From: an uncultured Muribaculaceae bacterium
GTDB lineage: Bacteria; Bacillota_I; Bacilli_A; RF39; UBA660
Assembly (NCBI GenBank): GCA_964587565.1
Contig: CAZPLK010000001.1
Span: 120,088-184,087 of the forward strand
Length of the DNA: 64,000 nucleotides
Direction: 5' to 3'
Below the pieces are notes generated by a model. That model was not told the origin of the DNA and did not search any database. It worked only from the letters and a program-made list of their open reading frames with translations. This document shows positions 1 through 9,396 of the stretch, one piece after another (position 1 is the stretch's first letter; each line of letters begins with the position of its first letter). Both the position numbers and the translations under genes were made by a program.

Positions 1-41
1 TTTTTAATGTGTTATACTATTAATATTAAGGGAGGTAGCAA

Positions 42-1721
42 GTGATTAAAGAAAATAAAAAATATTTTGTAATAGTTGTTTTTTTAATAATTGTTGTAAT
101 TGTTATTAAAAGTATTAATTTCAATTTTGAAAAACAATCTAAGATAAAAGAGTATTATGTTGCTAGTTTAAATAATGAAATAGAAACATATGATTTTGAG
201 TTTAAAAATGTTGGTACACTTCCTAGAGGTTCTAAAGTAACAGCAACTTCAAAAGAAATAGTTAATGAAAAAGAACAAGTGTTTTATAAAGTAAATTTTA
301 ACGATAATATATATTTAGTGGAAAAACTTAATTTAGTTAATGATGCGGAAGAAGTGGTTTTAGAAAAAACTCTTTATGTCCGAACACCTGTAACCGTTTT
401 AAAAGATAAAAATTCAAGCAAAATCTTATCTATGATTAAAAAAGGCGAGAGAGTAGAAGTATTAGGTTTTGATGAAGTTAAAAAAGATGGAACAGTTAAT
501 AAGTATTATATTAAACATGGTGATACTAAAGGATATGTTTATGGTAAATATTTAGTAAATGAAGAAAAGGATGCTAAACTTAATTATAATCATAAAGAAA
601 CATATGAAAAACATTTAAAAAGAACAGATACACAAGGTGGCGGTAGTGCTAGTAACTTAGATTATTATCCACGAATAAAACCGAAATTTAAAGATAATGA
701 AATGCCAGAAGAAGTCCGTTCACTTTACTTAAACAGTGTAGTTGTTAGAAGTGTAGATGAGTATATAAAAATTGCAAAACAGGCCAATATTAATGCTTTT
801 GTTGTAGATATAAAAGATAATACATCCCCAGCATATGCATCTTTAGTTATGGAGCAATATTCGCCTACTAATTTTAAATATGCACATAATTCATTTGAAA
901 ATTATAAAAAGTCCATTAAAAAGTTAAAGGACGAAGGTTTTTATTTAATTGGTAGAATTACAGTTTTCAAAGATTCATATTTTGTAAATGATCATCCCGA
1001 AAGTGCTATTGTGGATAAAAAAACAAAAAAACCATTTAATCATAACGGTTCATTTTGGCCAACAGCATATAATCGCTTAGTGTGGGAGTTTAATGTGGAA
1101 TTAGCAAAAGAAGCAGTTAAAGAAATGGGGTTTAATGAAATTCAATTTGACTATGTTAGATTTCCAGATCGAACGTACAAACTAGAACAAGAAGGAACAA
1201 TTGATATGAAAAATGTGTTCCATGAAGAAAAAGCACAAGCAATTCAAGCGTTTTTAATGTATGCAACTGATGAAATACATCAATTGGGTGCTTATGTATC
1301 AGCAGATGTATTTGGAGAAGCAGCCCACCCTTATGTAACGGGTTATGGTCAGTATTGGCCTGCAATATCTAATATAGTTGATGTAATAAGTGCAATGCCA
1401 TATCCTGACCATTTTAATGCTTATGAATACGGATTTAATGAAATAGTTTGGACAGTACCTTATAAATTATTAAAATTTTGGGGTGGTAATTACGTAGTTA
1501 ATCGTCAACAGGAAACACCATCACCAGCTATTGTGAGGACTTGGATACAAGCTTACGATGCTATAAGAGCACCCCGTATTGAGTATGGTCCAACACAAAT
1601 ATCTGAGCAAATAAAAGCATTATACGATGTAGGGCTTAGTGGTGGTTTTATGACATGGAATTCTGCTTCAAGTTTAAGTAAATATAAAGAAATAATTCCA
1701 GCTTTAAACAAAAAATATTGA
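42..1721 (+). CDS. Membrane-anchored SH3-like / putative glycoside-hydrolase-like TIM-barrel protein (DUF4015-like)
   Basis: 559-aa ORF with a GTG start after a GGGAGG SD. N-terminal TM helix (FVIVVFLIIVVIVI). The C-terminal half shows NAFVVDIKD...GRITVFKD...QFDYVRFPD, the pattern I associate with the DUF4015 putative glycosyl hydrolase family. Confidence 0.5.
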   Translation: MIKENKKYFVIVVFLIIVVIVIKSINFNFEKQSKIKEYYVASLNNEIETYDFEFKNVGTLPRGSKVTATSKEIVNEKEQVFYKVNFNDNIYLVEKLNLVNDAEEVVLEKTLYVRTPVTVLKDKNSSKILSMIKKGERVEVLGFDEVKKDGTVNKYYIKHGDTKGYVYGKYLVNEEKDAKLNYNHKETYEKHLKRTDTQGGGSASNLDYYPRIKPKFKDNEMPEEVRSLYLNSVVVRSVDEYIKIAKQANINAFVVDIKDNTSPAYASLVMEQYSPTNFKYAHNSFENYKKSIKKLKDEGFYLIGRITVFKDSYFVNDHPESAIVDKKTKKPFNHNGSFWPTAYNRLVWEFNVELAKEAVKEMGFNEIQFDYVRFPDRTYKLEQEGTIDMKNVFHEEKAQAIQAFLMYATDEIHQLGAYVSADVFGEAAHPYVTGYGQYWPAISNIVDVISAMPYPDHFNAYEYGFNEIVWTVPYKLLKFWGGNYVVNRQQETPSPAIVRTWIQAYDAIRAPRIEYGPTQISEQIKALYDVGLSGGFMTWNSASSLSKYKEIIPALNKKY

Positions 1722-1729
1722 GGTGTGTT

Positions 1730-2011
1730 ATGAAAAAAATAAAAATTAATAACAATGTTTACGAGCTTATAGAAAATTATAAAGAAGGCTTTGATTTAGA
1801 TGTATTAAAAGAAATAATGACTGATTATTTTGATAGTTTTGATTATATTATAGGAGATTGGTCTTATGGGAAGCTAAGACTTAAAGGTTTTTGTAATAAA
1901 AGTAATCCGCGTTATAAAAAAATAAATGACTTTAAATTAAGAGCCGATTATATAAAACACAACTGTGCTTATGACTGTCGCTATTTTATTTTGCAAAAAA
2001 CGAGTAAATAA
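1730..2011 (+). CDS. yutD: YutD-like protein (DUF1027)
   Basis: ATG at 1730 follows a GAGGTG SD; the track ORF begins 12 nt earlier. The motif GDWSYGKLRLKGF resembles the conserved YutD core. Confidence 0.55.
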   Translation: MKKIKINNNVYELIENYKEGFDLDVLKEIMTDYFDSFDYIIGDWSYGKLRLKGFCNKSNPRYKKINDFKLRADYIKHNCAYDCRYFILQKTSK

Positions 2012-2030
2012 AACACTCGTTTTAATTTAG
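1997..2030 (+). terminator. Rho-independent terminator after yutD
   Basis: AAAACGAGT (1997-2005) pairs with ACTCGTTTT (2015-2023), with a 9-nt loop and a T-rich tail. It overlaps the stop codon. Confidence 0.6.
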
Positions 2031-2112
2031 CATAATAACATTATATTAATTCTTTTTTTGACTAGAAAACACCACCAATATTTGATATAATAATAACGTT
2101 AGGAGAGATAAA

Positions 2113-3226
2113 ATGGAATTGAATGAATTGTTAAAAGTTTCCATCAATCTTTTAAAAAAAGTAAATGAATTATGGAGGATTCTTTGACATAGAACCTAAA
2201 ATTAATAGAGTAAATGAATTAGAAGGCATAATAAATTCCCCTAATTTTTGGTCTAATGAATCAAATAACAAAATAATTATACAAGAATATAATGAACTTA
2301 AAAAGACTATTGAAGAGTTAACTAATATAAAAGAAACAATAACTACGAATATAGAGTTAATAGAATTATTAAAAGAAAATGAAGATAAAGAGATAAAAGA
2401 TAGTTTAAATGAATCATCAAAAGTTTTAGATAAAAAAATAAATGATTTAGAAATCCAATTACTATTAAATGGGCCTTACGATAATTATAATGCAATATTT
2501 GAAATTCATTCTGGTGCTGGTGGTACCGAAGCAAATGATTGGGCATCCATGTTATACAGGATGTACTTGCGTTATTTTGAAAGAAAAAATTATAAAGTAG
2601 AAGTTTTATATGAGCAAAAAGGTGATGAAGTTGGCTTTAAAACAATATCTATGCTAGTAAAAGGAGATAATGCTTATGGATATTTAGTCAATGAAGTTGG
2701 GGTGCATAGATTAGTTAGAATATCACCTTTTGATTCAAATGCTAAAAGGCACACTTCATTTGCCTCAGTTGATGTCGCCCCTTATTTTAATCAAAATATT
2801 AATGTAGAAATAAAAGAATCTGATTTATCTATTGATGCGTACAAAAGTAGTGGTGCAGGAGGTCAATCGGTAAATACAACAGATAGTGCCGTTAGAATCA
2901 CGCATATACCAACAGGTATTGTAGTAACTTGTCAAAATGAGCGAAGTCAAATTCAAAATAGGGAAAAGGCTCTGGAAATATTGAAAAACAAACTATATAA
3001 AATTGAATTAGAAAAACAAGAAGAACAATTAAGAGAAATAAAAGGGGGACCAGTAGATATTAACTTTGGTTCTCAAATAAGAAGTTATGTGTTACATCCA
3101 TACGCAATGGTAAAAGATCATCGTAATAATCTTGATGTAAGTAATGTTAATAAAATACTTGATGGCCATTTAGATATATTTATAAACGCTAATTTAAAAA
3201 ATAAACGAAATACGAAAGAGGTGTAA
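2113..3226 (+). CDS. prfB: Peptide chain release factor 2, expressed through a programmed +1 frameshift
   Basis: ATG 2113 opens a 24-codon frame that ends at in-frame TGA 2185-2187. The +1 frame continues into the 353-aa track ORF, which carries SPF (RISPFDS) and GGQ (SGAGGQSVN) motifs. Confidence 0.93.
2174..2188 (+). other. RF2 autoregulatory +1 frameshift site
   Basis: Internal SD-like GGAGG (2174-2178), a 3-nt spacer, then CTT TGA C (2182-2188). This is the canonical prfB recoding cassette. Confidence 0.9.
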
Positions 3227-3924
3227 TGATGCATTTAATTAATATGCGGAGAGTTAAAAAACAATATGATACTGGTGTTACAGCTATATATGACTTAAAC
3301 TTAAATATTAAAAAAGGTGAATTTGTTTTTGTTATTGGTTCGACTGGTTGTGGTAAATCTACCTTAATTAAAATGTTATATCGTGAGGAAAAACCAACAA
3401 GTGGTCAAATAATTGTAGGTGGGATTGATGTTGCTAAGCTTAGAAATAATAAAATTTATAAGTTGCGCAGGCAAATAGGAGTTGTATTCCAAGACTTCCG
3501 CTTATTAGAACGTTCCACAGTTTATGAAAATGTTGCATTTGCCTTAGAAATTTTTGGGGCACCAAAAGATGAAATACATCAAAAGGTAATAAAAGTACTG
3601 GATTTAGTTGGTTTGAAAAACAGAATAAGAAGCTATCCAGACCAATTATCAGGTGGTGAACAACAAAGAGTGGCAATAGCGCGCGCTATCGTGAATGGCC
3701 CTAAATTATTAATTTGTGATGAGCCTACTGGTAATCTAGATGAAGATACAAGTGCCGAAATAATGGAATTATTAAATGAAATAAATAAACTTGGCACAAC
3801 AATAATAATGGTAACCCATGATAGAAACATAGTAGAGAGAATGGGGAAAAGAGTTATATTATTAGATGCAGGAAGAATATTAAAAGATTATGAAGAAGGG
3901 ACTTATAAAAATGAAGGTATTTAG
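3226..3924 (+). CDS. ftsE: Cell-division ABC ATPase FtsE
   Basis: Walker [10 protein letters not shown], signature LSGGEQQR, Walker B LLICDEPT. Its end overlaps the ftsX start. Confidence 0.9.
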   Translation: MMHLINMRRVKKQYDTGVTAIYDLNLNIKKGEFVFVIGSTGCGKSTLIKMLYREEKPTSGQIIVGGIDVAKLRNNKIYKLRRQIGVVFQDFRLLERSTVYENVAFALEIFGAPKDEIHQKVIKVLDLVGLKNRIRSYPDQLSGGEQQRVAIARAIVNGPKLLICDEPTGNLDEDTSAEIMELLNEINKLGTTIIMVTHDRNIVERMGKRVILLDAGRILKDYEEGTYKNEGI

Positions 3925-4810
3925 AATTTTAAGTAGAAATGTTAGGGATTCATTTAGAAGTGTTTTTAGGAACTTTTCATTATCAATGGCATCTATTTCA
4001 TCAATAACTATAACTCTATTAGTAGTATCAATTTCCATGATCTTATCTTATAACGTTAATAATTTTGCTGTTTTAGTAGAAAAAGACGTAACAATTGTTG
4101 CTTTTATTGATAATGAAGCAACAGATGAGGAAATCGTAAACATTGAACAAGAAATAAATAAAATGACTAATGTAGAAACTTATGAATTTCAATCTAAAGA
4201 AGATATTACAGATGATATGATGAAATCATCCGATATATTTAAAAATATAATGGGTAGTTGGTCATTAGATGAGAACCCCATTCAAAATACATTTTTAATA
4301 AAAGTAATTAATATAGAAGAAATAGGAGAAACAGCAAATAAAATAAAGGGACTCCCAAACATATCTGTTGTTAAATACGGTGAAGGAATGGTAGAGCAAC
4401 TTATTAAAATATTCCAAATTGTAGAGAAAGTAAGTGTTGTCGTTGTTGTATCTTTAATATTAGTAACAGCATTCTTAATATCAAATACTATTAAAATTAC
4501 AATTTTTTCCAGACGAACAGAAATTGGTATTATGCGATTAGTTGGAGCTTCTAACATAAATATTAAAATACCATTTATATTAGAAGGATTAATTTTAGGA
4601 CTAATTGGTTCAATTGTACCAATAATAATTACAACTTATGGATATACATCTTTTTATAACAACTTTGATGGACAATTATTTTCACCATTTATAAAATTAA
4701 TAAAACCAAATCCTTTTATTTATTTTATATCTAGTATATTAATATTAATAGGTATTATAGTAGGTATGTTTGGTAGTTGGCGTGCGGTAAAAAAACATTT
4801 AAAAGTATAA
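3911..4810 (+). CDS. ftsX: Cell-division permease-like protein FtsX
   Basis: Start is likely ATG 3911 ([15 protein letters not shown]...). One N-terminal TM helix, an extracellular domain, then 3 C-terminal TM helices. Adjacent to ftsE. Confidence 0.85.
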   Translation: MKVFRILSRNVRDSFRSVFRNFSLSMASISSITITLLVVSISMILSYNVNNFAVLVEKDVTIVAFIDNEATDEEIVNIEQEINKMTNVETYEFQSKEDITDDMMKSSDIFKNIMGSWSLDENPIQNTFLIKVINIEEIGETANKIKGLPNISVVKYGEGMVEQLIKIFQIVEKVSVVVVVSLILVTAFLISNTIKITIFSRRTEIGIMRLVGASNINIKIPFILEGLILGLIGSIVPIIITTYGYTSFYNNFDGQLFSPFIKLIKPNPFIYFISSILILIGIIVGMFGSWRAVKKHLKV

Positions 4811-4838
4811 AAGAAGTAGTAATAACTACTTTTTTTTA
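4811..4838 (+). terminator. Rho-independent terminator after ftsX
   Basis: AAGTAGT-aata-ACTACTT hairpin followed by T8. Confidence 0.7.
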
Positions 4839-4857
4839 TTACAATATTAAATTAGTG

Positions 4858-4913
4858 CAATTGTTATTTAATATAATATAACAATTGTAATGATCAATTT
4901 ATGGTGTTATAAT
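4858..4913 (+). promoter_or_regulatory. SigmaA-type promoter with a candidate operator for the P-type ATPase gene
   Basis: TTGTAA (4885-4890), 17-nt spacer, TGtTATAAT (4905-4913). A perfect inverted repeat CAATTGTTAT (4858-4867) / ATAACAATTG (4878-4887) overlaps the -35. Confidence 0.5.
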
Positions 4914-4935
4914 TAATAAGAATAGAGGTAATGCA

Positions 4936-7272
4936 ATGAGTGATTATAAAACTGATATTAAAAAGGGATTAACTTCTTTAGAAGTTCAAAATAGGATTAT
5001 TAATAATAAAGTTAATTACGATTCTTCCCCACCTACCAAAACTATTTTGGAAATTATTAACACAAATTTATTTACTTTATTTAATTTGTTAAATTTTGGT
5101 TTAGCAGTAGCGGTTATATTAACAGGTTCATATAAAAACGCTACTTTTATGGGGGTTGTAATATGCAATACATTAATTGGTATATTACAAGAAATAAATG
5201 CAAAACGAATTACAGATAAACTATCTTTAATATCAGCATCAACGACAACTGTTATTAGAGATTCTTTAGAAAAGGAAATAGGATTAGATAATATAGTAAT
5301 TGATGACTTAGTAAAACTTAAAAGGGGTAATCAAATAATTTGTGATGCGATTATACTAGATGGAAATTGCGAAGTAGATGAATCGTTAATAACTGGTGAA
5401 TCAGATCCAATCTTTAAAAAGAAAGGTGAAAAAATTTTATCAGGTAGTTTTATTGTTAGTGGCAATATAAAAGCACAAGTAATTAATGTTGGTATGGATA
5501 ATTATAGTGCAAAAATAACAAAAGAAGCTAAAATAATGAAAAACAAAAAATCAGAATTAATGTATTCTCTTAATAAAATAATTAAATTAGTATCTATAGT
5601 TATTTTGCCCCTTGGAACTATTTTGTTTTTAAAGCAAATATCAATTGATAACAATAGTATTGAAAAAGCTGTTATTAATACAGTCGCAGCATTAATAGGG
5701 ATGATACCCGAGGGTTTAATATTGTTGACAAGCACAGTATTAGCAGTAAGCATTATTAGATTATCACGATATAAGGTTTTAATACAGCAACTTTATAGTG
5801 TTGAAACTTTAGCACGAATAAATACTATTTGTTTAGATAAAACAGGTACGTTAACAGATGGAAAAGTTGAATTTGTTAAATATAAGGAAATCAAAAAAAT
5901 AAATGAAATTGATTTGATTATATCGGCACTTGTTCACAATTTAGATTCAAACAATACAATATCAACTTTAAAAAAACACTATAATAAAAAGATAAATTGG
6001 CAAGTTGATAAAACAATTCAATTTTCATCTATAAGAAAATGGTCAGGAATTACCTTTGTGAATAAAGGCACTTATATTTTAGGAGCACCTGAATTTGTTA
6101 TTAAAAATGAATATAATAAAATTAAAAATATAGTTGATCATTATTCAAAAGATTATAGGGTATTAATTTTAGCTAAAAGTAATTATAGTTTTAAAGGCAA
6201 TGATTTGCCCAAAAACATAGAACCTTTAGGTCTAATTCTTTTGCAAGATGGTATTCGGAAAGAGGTTAGTGAAACATTAAAATATTTTAAAAAACAAAAT
6301 GTTGATATTAAAATAATATCTGGTGATAATGTTTTAACTGTTGCAAACATCGCTAAAAGATTAAATGTTGAAACAAAAAATAAATACATAGATGCCTCTT
6401 TACTCACAACTGATGAAAAACTTGAAACCGCAGTATTAAAATATGATATATTTGGACGTGTAAGTCCACAACAAAAGAAAAAAATGGTAGAAATACTACA
6501 AGCGAACAATAAAGTAGTTGGATTTGTAGGTGATGGTGTTAATGATGTATTAGCTTTGAAAAGTTCGGATTGTGGAATTGCTATGGCTAATGGAAGTGAT
6601 GCCGCAAAAAATGTATCAGAATTAATTTTGTTAGATTCTAATTTTGCAGCTATGCCTCATGTTGTTCAAGAAGGACGACGAACAATTAATAATATAGAAA
6701 GATCAGCAACACTTTTTTTAGTGAAGACTATATATTCAATGGTATTGGCAATCTTATTCTTATTTATTAATAGCCCATTTCCATTTGAACCAATTCAATT
6801 AAGTTTAACAAGCGTATTTACAATTGGAATCCCATCCTTTATATTAGCCATAGAACCTAACAACGATGAAATTAGTGGTAAGTTTTTAACTAACGTCATT
6901 AGTAAAGCTATGCCAACTGCTTTAACAAATGTTATTAATGTTATTTTAATTATGATAATAAGTAAGTTATTAAATTTTACATTTGAACAATCTTCAACAT
7001 TAGCAGTTATTTTAAGTGCCTTTGTTGGATTCATGTTATTATTTAAAATATCAACACCATTTAACACAGTTCGATTAGGATTAATGGTTTTTGGAATATC
7101 CGGATTTTTAATCGGTGTTTTAGGACTTCCCGACTTATTTTCCTTATCACAAATTACATTAACATTATGGGTTGTAATGCTTATTTTAATGTCGGTATCA
7201 ATATATAATTTTAATAAATTAACAACATTCTATTATAAATTAAAAAAGAAATATCCTAAATATTTAGATTAG
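4936..7272 (+). CDS. Cation-translocating P-type ATPase (P2-like; Ca2+/Mg2+ type likely)
   Basis: TGES (LITGESDP), phosphorylation motif CLDKTGTLT and hinge GDGVNDV. About 10 TM helices. No CPx metal motif seen. Confidence 0.8.
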   Translation: MSDYKTDIKKGLTSLEVQNRIINNKVNYDSSPPTKTILEIINTNLFTLFNLLNFGLAVAVILTGSYKNATFMGVVICNTLIGILQEINAKRITDKLSLISASTTTVIRDSLEKEIGLDNIVIDDLVKLKRGNQIICDAIILDGNCEVDESLITGESDPIFKKKGEKILSGSFIVSGNIKAQVINVGMDNYSAKITKEAKIMKNKKSELMYSLNKIIKLVSIVILPLGTILFLKQISIDNNSIEKAVINTVAALIGMIPEGLILLTSTVLAVSIIRLSRYKVLIQQLYSVETLARINTICLDKTGTLTDGKVEFVKYKEIKKINEIDLIISALVHNLDSNNTISTLKKHYNKKINWQVDKTIQFSSIRKWSGITFVNKGTYILGAPEFVIKNEYNKIKNIVDHYSKDYRVLILAKSNYSFKGNDLPKNIEPLGLILLQDGIRKEVSETLKYFKKQNVDIKIISGDNVLTVANIAKRLNVETKNKYIDASLLTTDEKLETAVLKYDIFGRVSPQQKKKMVEILQANNKVVGFVGDGVNDVLALKSSDCGIAMANGSDAAKNVSELILLDSNFAAMPHVVQEGRRTINNIERSATLFLVKTIYSMVLAILFLFINSPFPFEPIQLSLTSVFTIGIPSFILAIEPNNDEISGKFLTNVISKAMPTALTNVINVILIMIISKLLNFTFEQSSTLAVILSAFVGFMLLFKISTPFNTVRLGLMVFGISGFLIGVLGLPDLFSLSQITLTLWVVMLILMSVSIYNFNKLTTFYYKLKKKYPKYLD

Positions 7273-7283
7273 AGGGAGAAAAA

Positions 7284-8033
7284 ATGAATAATTTTATAGC
7301 GCTAATATTTACATTAGTAATAGGACTTTTTATTTTGCTAGGAGCATTAATCGTTAAAATCACAAATAATAATGATAAATTTGTTGATTTTTCTATTAGT
7401 ATCGCATTAGGGGTAATAGTATCATTAATAATATTTGAATTAATTCCAGAGTCTTATGGTATGTTAATAAATAAATATAATAAAAACATCACAATTATTA
7501 TAATTTTAGGTTTTAATATTTTAGGACTACTTTTATTAATGTTATTAGAAAACTGGATACCACATCATGGACACGATCACGGAAAAGACCTGCTTCATCT
7601 TGGTATAGTATCAAGTGTTGCCATCCTTTTGCACAACATCATTGAAGGTATGGCAATATACGCCACCGCAACACAATCAACTTCTATGGGAATGTTAATG
7701 GGATTAGGAGTAAGTCTTCACAATATTCCTTTAGGAATGGTAGTAGCATCGGTTGTAGATAAATCAAATACGAATTTTTATAAAAAAATATTAATTATTA
7801 CATCTATATCTATTTCTACTTTTATAGGTGGTCTAATTATGTATTTTAATAATAATATTTTATTGAACCAAACATTATTAGGAATTATTTTATCTATAAC
7901 ACAAGGTATGCTTAGTTATATAGTAATATTTGAATTACTCCCCCATATCAAACACTGTCCTAATAAGAAAAACAGCATTACAGGAATATTGTTAGGAATA
8001 ATTATTTTGGTTATAAGTACATTTTTCAACTAA
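7284..8033 (+). CDS. ZIP-family divalent metal transporter
   Basis: Polytopic membrane protein with a His-rich loop (HHGHDHGKD) and a HNIxEGMA motif typical of ZupT/ZIP. Confidence 0.75.
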   Translation: MNNFIALIFTLVIGLFILLGALIVKITNNNDKFVDFSISIALGVIVSLIIFELIPESYGMLINKYNKNITIIIILGFNILGLLLLMLLENWIPHHGHDHGKDLLHLGIVSSVAILLHNIIEGMAIYATATQSTSMGMLMGLGVSLHNIPLGMVVASVVDKSNTNFYKKILIITSISISTFIGGLIMYFNNNILLNQTLLGIILSITQGMLSYIVIFELLPHIKHCPNKKNSITGILLGIIILVISTFFN

Positions 8034-8123
8034 TATAAGCCATTTAATAGTTAAATATATGGTTTTTTTAATATTATATTTTGTTGTTGAATATATAATT
8101 TGGAAACAATTTTCATCTTTACG

Positions 8124-8146
8124 CAAACGTTGGTTCGTGATATAAT
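8124..8146 (+). promoter_or_regulatory. LexA (Cheo) box overlapping an extended -10 promoter of the polymerase gene
   Basis: CAAACGTTGGTTCG (8124-8137) reads CGAACCAACGTTTG on the other strand, i.e. GAAC-N4-GTTT. It is immediately followed by TGaTATAAT (8138-8146). Confidence 0.6.
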
Positions 8147-8161
8147 TTAAGTGGTGATAAG

Positions 8162-9355
8162 ATGAAAAGAATTATACTTCATATAGATGTTAACAATGCT
8201 TTTTTATCTTGGACTGCAGTATCATTATTAAAAAAAGGTTTTAAGTATGATATCCGCAACAGTTATGCTGTTATAGGTGGAGATGAGAAAAGGAGAGCCG
8301 GAGTAGTTTTAGCACGGTCAATTCCTAGTAAAAAAGCAGGTGTAATTACAGGAGAACCATTATATTTAGCACGTAAAAAATGCCCTGCATTAAAGTCATA
8401 TTCACCTAATTATAAATTGTACGATGAAATGTCAAAAAGTCTATTTAAATATTTAAGTAAATATACACCCGATATAGAAGTTTATTCAATAGATGAATGT
8501 TTTATTGATTATACAAAAGTGAAAAAATTATATGGTAATGAAATATTATTTGCTAACAATTTAAAAGAGCAAATAAAAAAAGAATTAGGTTTTACTGTTA
8601 ATATAGGAATTGGTAACAATAAATTATGTGCGAAAATGGCATCAGAATTTAAAAAACCTGATTTAGTGCACACATTATATGACTATGAGATACAAAAGAA
8701 ATTGTGGCCATTACCAATTGAAGAACTGTTTGGAATAGGTAAAAAAACTGCCCCTAAAATGAGACAATTAGGAATAAAAACAATTTATGACTTAGCACAT
8801 ACTGATTCTAGTTTTTTATACAAATATTTTAAAAATCAAGCAATTAAATATATTGAAAGTGCTAATGGAATAGATAATAGTGAAGTTATTAGTGAACCTA
8901 TTGAACCGAAAGGAATTAGTAATTCTGTAACGTTAGAGAGAGACTATACTAATAAATTAGAAATATATAAAGTGCTCAATAAATTAGCAGGAAATGTTTC
9001 AAAAAAGTTAAGAGAACAAAATAAATATGCGAGAGTAGTTGTAGTTATCATAAGAGACACTCACTTTAATAATAAAACACATCAACAAAAGTTAAATAAT
9101 GCGACTAATTTAACATTGGAAATTAGTAAAGTAGCTAGAAAATTATTTGATGAAGCGTGGAATAATAAGCCTATACGTTTACTAGGTATTAGGGTAGAAT
9201 CGTTAACTAATTGTTGTTCATATCAAATGTCTTTGTTTGAAGATATAAATAAACGTGATATAAAAATGAAACTAGAAGAAACAGTTGATGACTTAAATGA
9301 AAGATTCGGTGAAAAAATAATAAAAAGAGCTGCATTTGTTGAAACAAAAGAATAA
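8162..9355 (+). CDS. dinB: Y-family DNA polymerase (Pol IV / UvrX-like)
   Basis: N-terminal HIDVNNAF motif, catalytic SIDECFID, and a HhH region (GIGKKTAPKMRQLGIKT). Confidence 0.85.
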   Translation: MKRIILHIDVNNAFLSWTAVSLLKKGFKYDIRNSYAVIGGDEKRRAGVVLARSIPSKKAGVITGEPLYLARKKCPALKSYSPNYKLYDEMSKSLFKYLSKYTPDIEVYSIDECFIDYTKVKKLYGNEILFANNLKEQIKKELGFTVNIGIGNNKLCAKMASEFKKPDLVHTLYDYEIQKKLWPLPIEELFGIGKKTAPKMRQLGIKTIYDLAHTDSSFLYKYFKNQAIKYIESANGIDNSEVISEPIEPKGISNSVTLERDYTNKLEIYKVLNKLAGNVSKKLREQNKYARVVVVIIRDTHFNNKTHQQKLNNATNLTLEISKVARKLFDEAWNNKPIRLLGIRVESLTNCCSYQMSLFEDINKRDIKMKLEETVDDLNERFGEKIIKRAAFVETKE

Positions 9356-9396
9356 AGATATGTTATAATAATTATGCATAGTTGGGAGACAAAAAA

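Noticed and set aside
1156-1365. Short antisense ORFs in the track. Examples: 1156-1365, 2343-2546, 3440-3830, 12210-12635, 36748-37143, 50467-51731, 55892-56107.
   Set aside because: All lie inside, and antisense to, long ORFs with clear family motifs. They have no SD and show low-complexity, AT-codon-driven composition. They are shadow ORFs.
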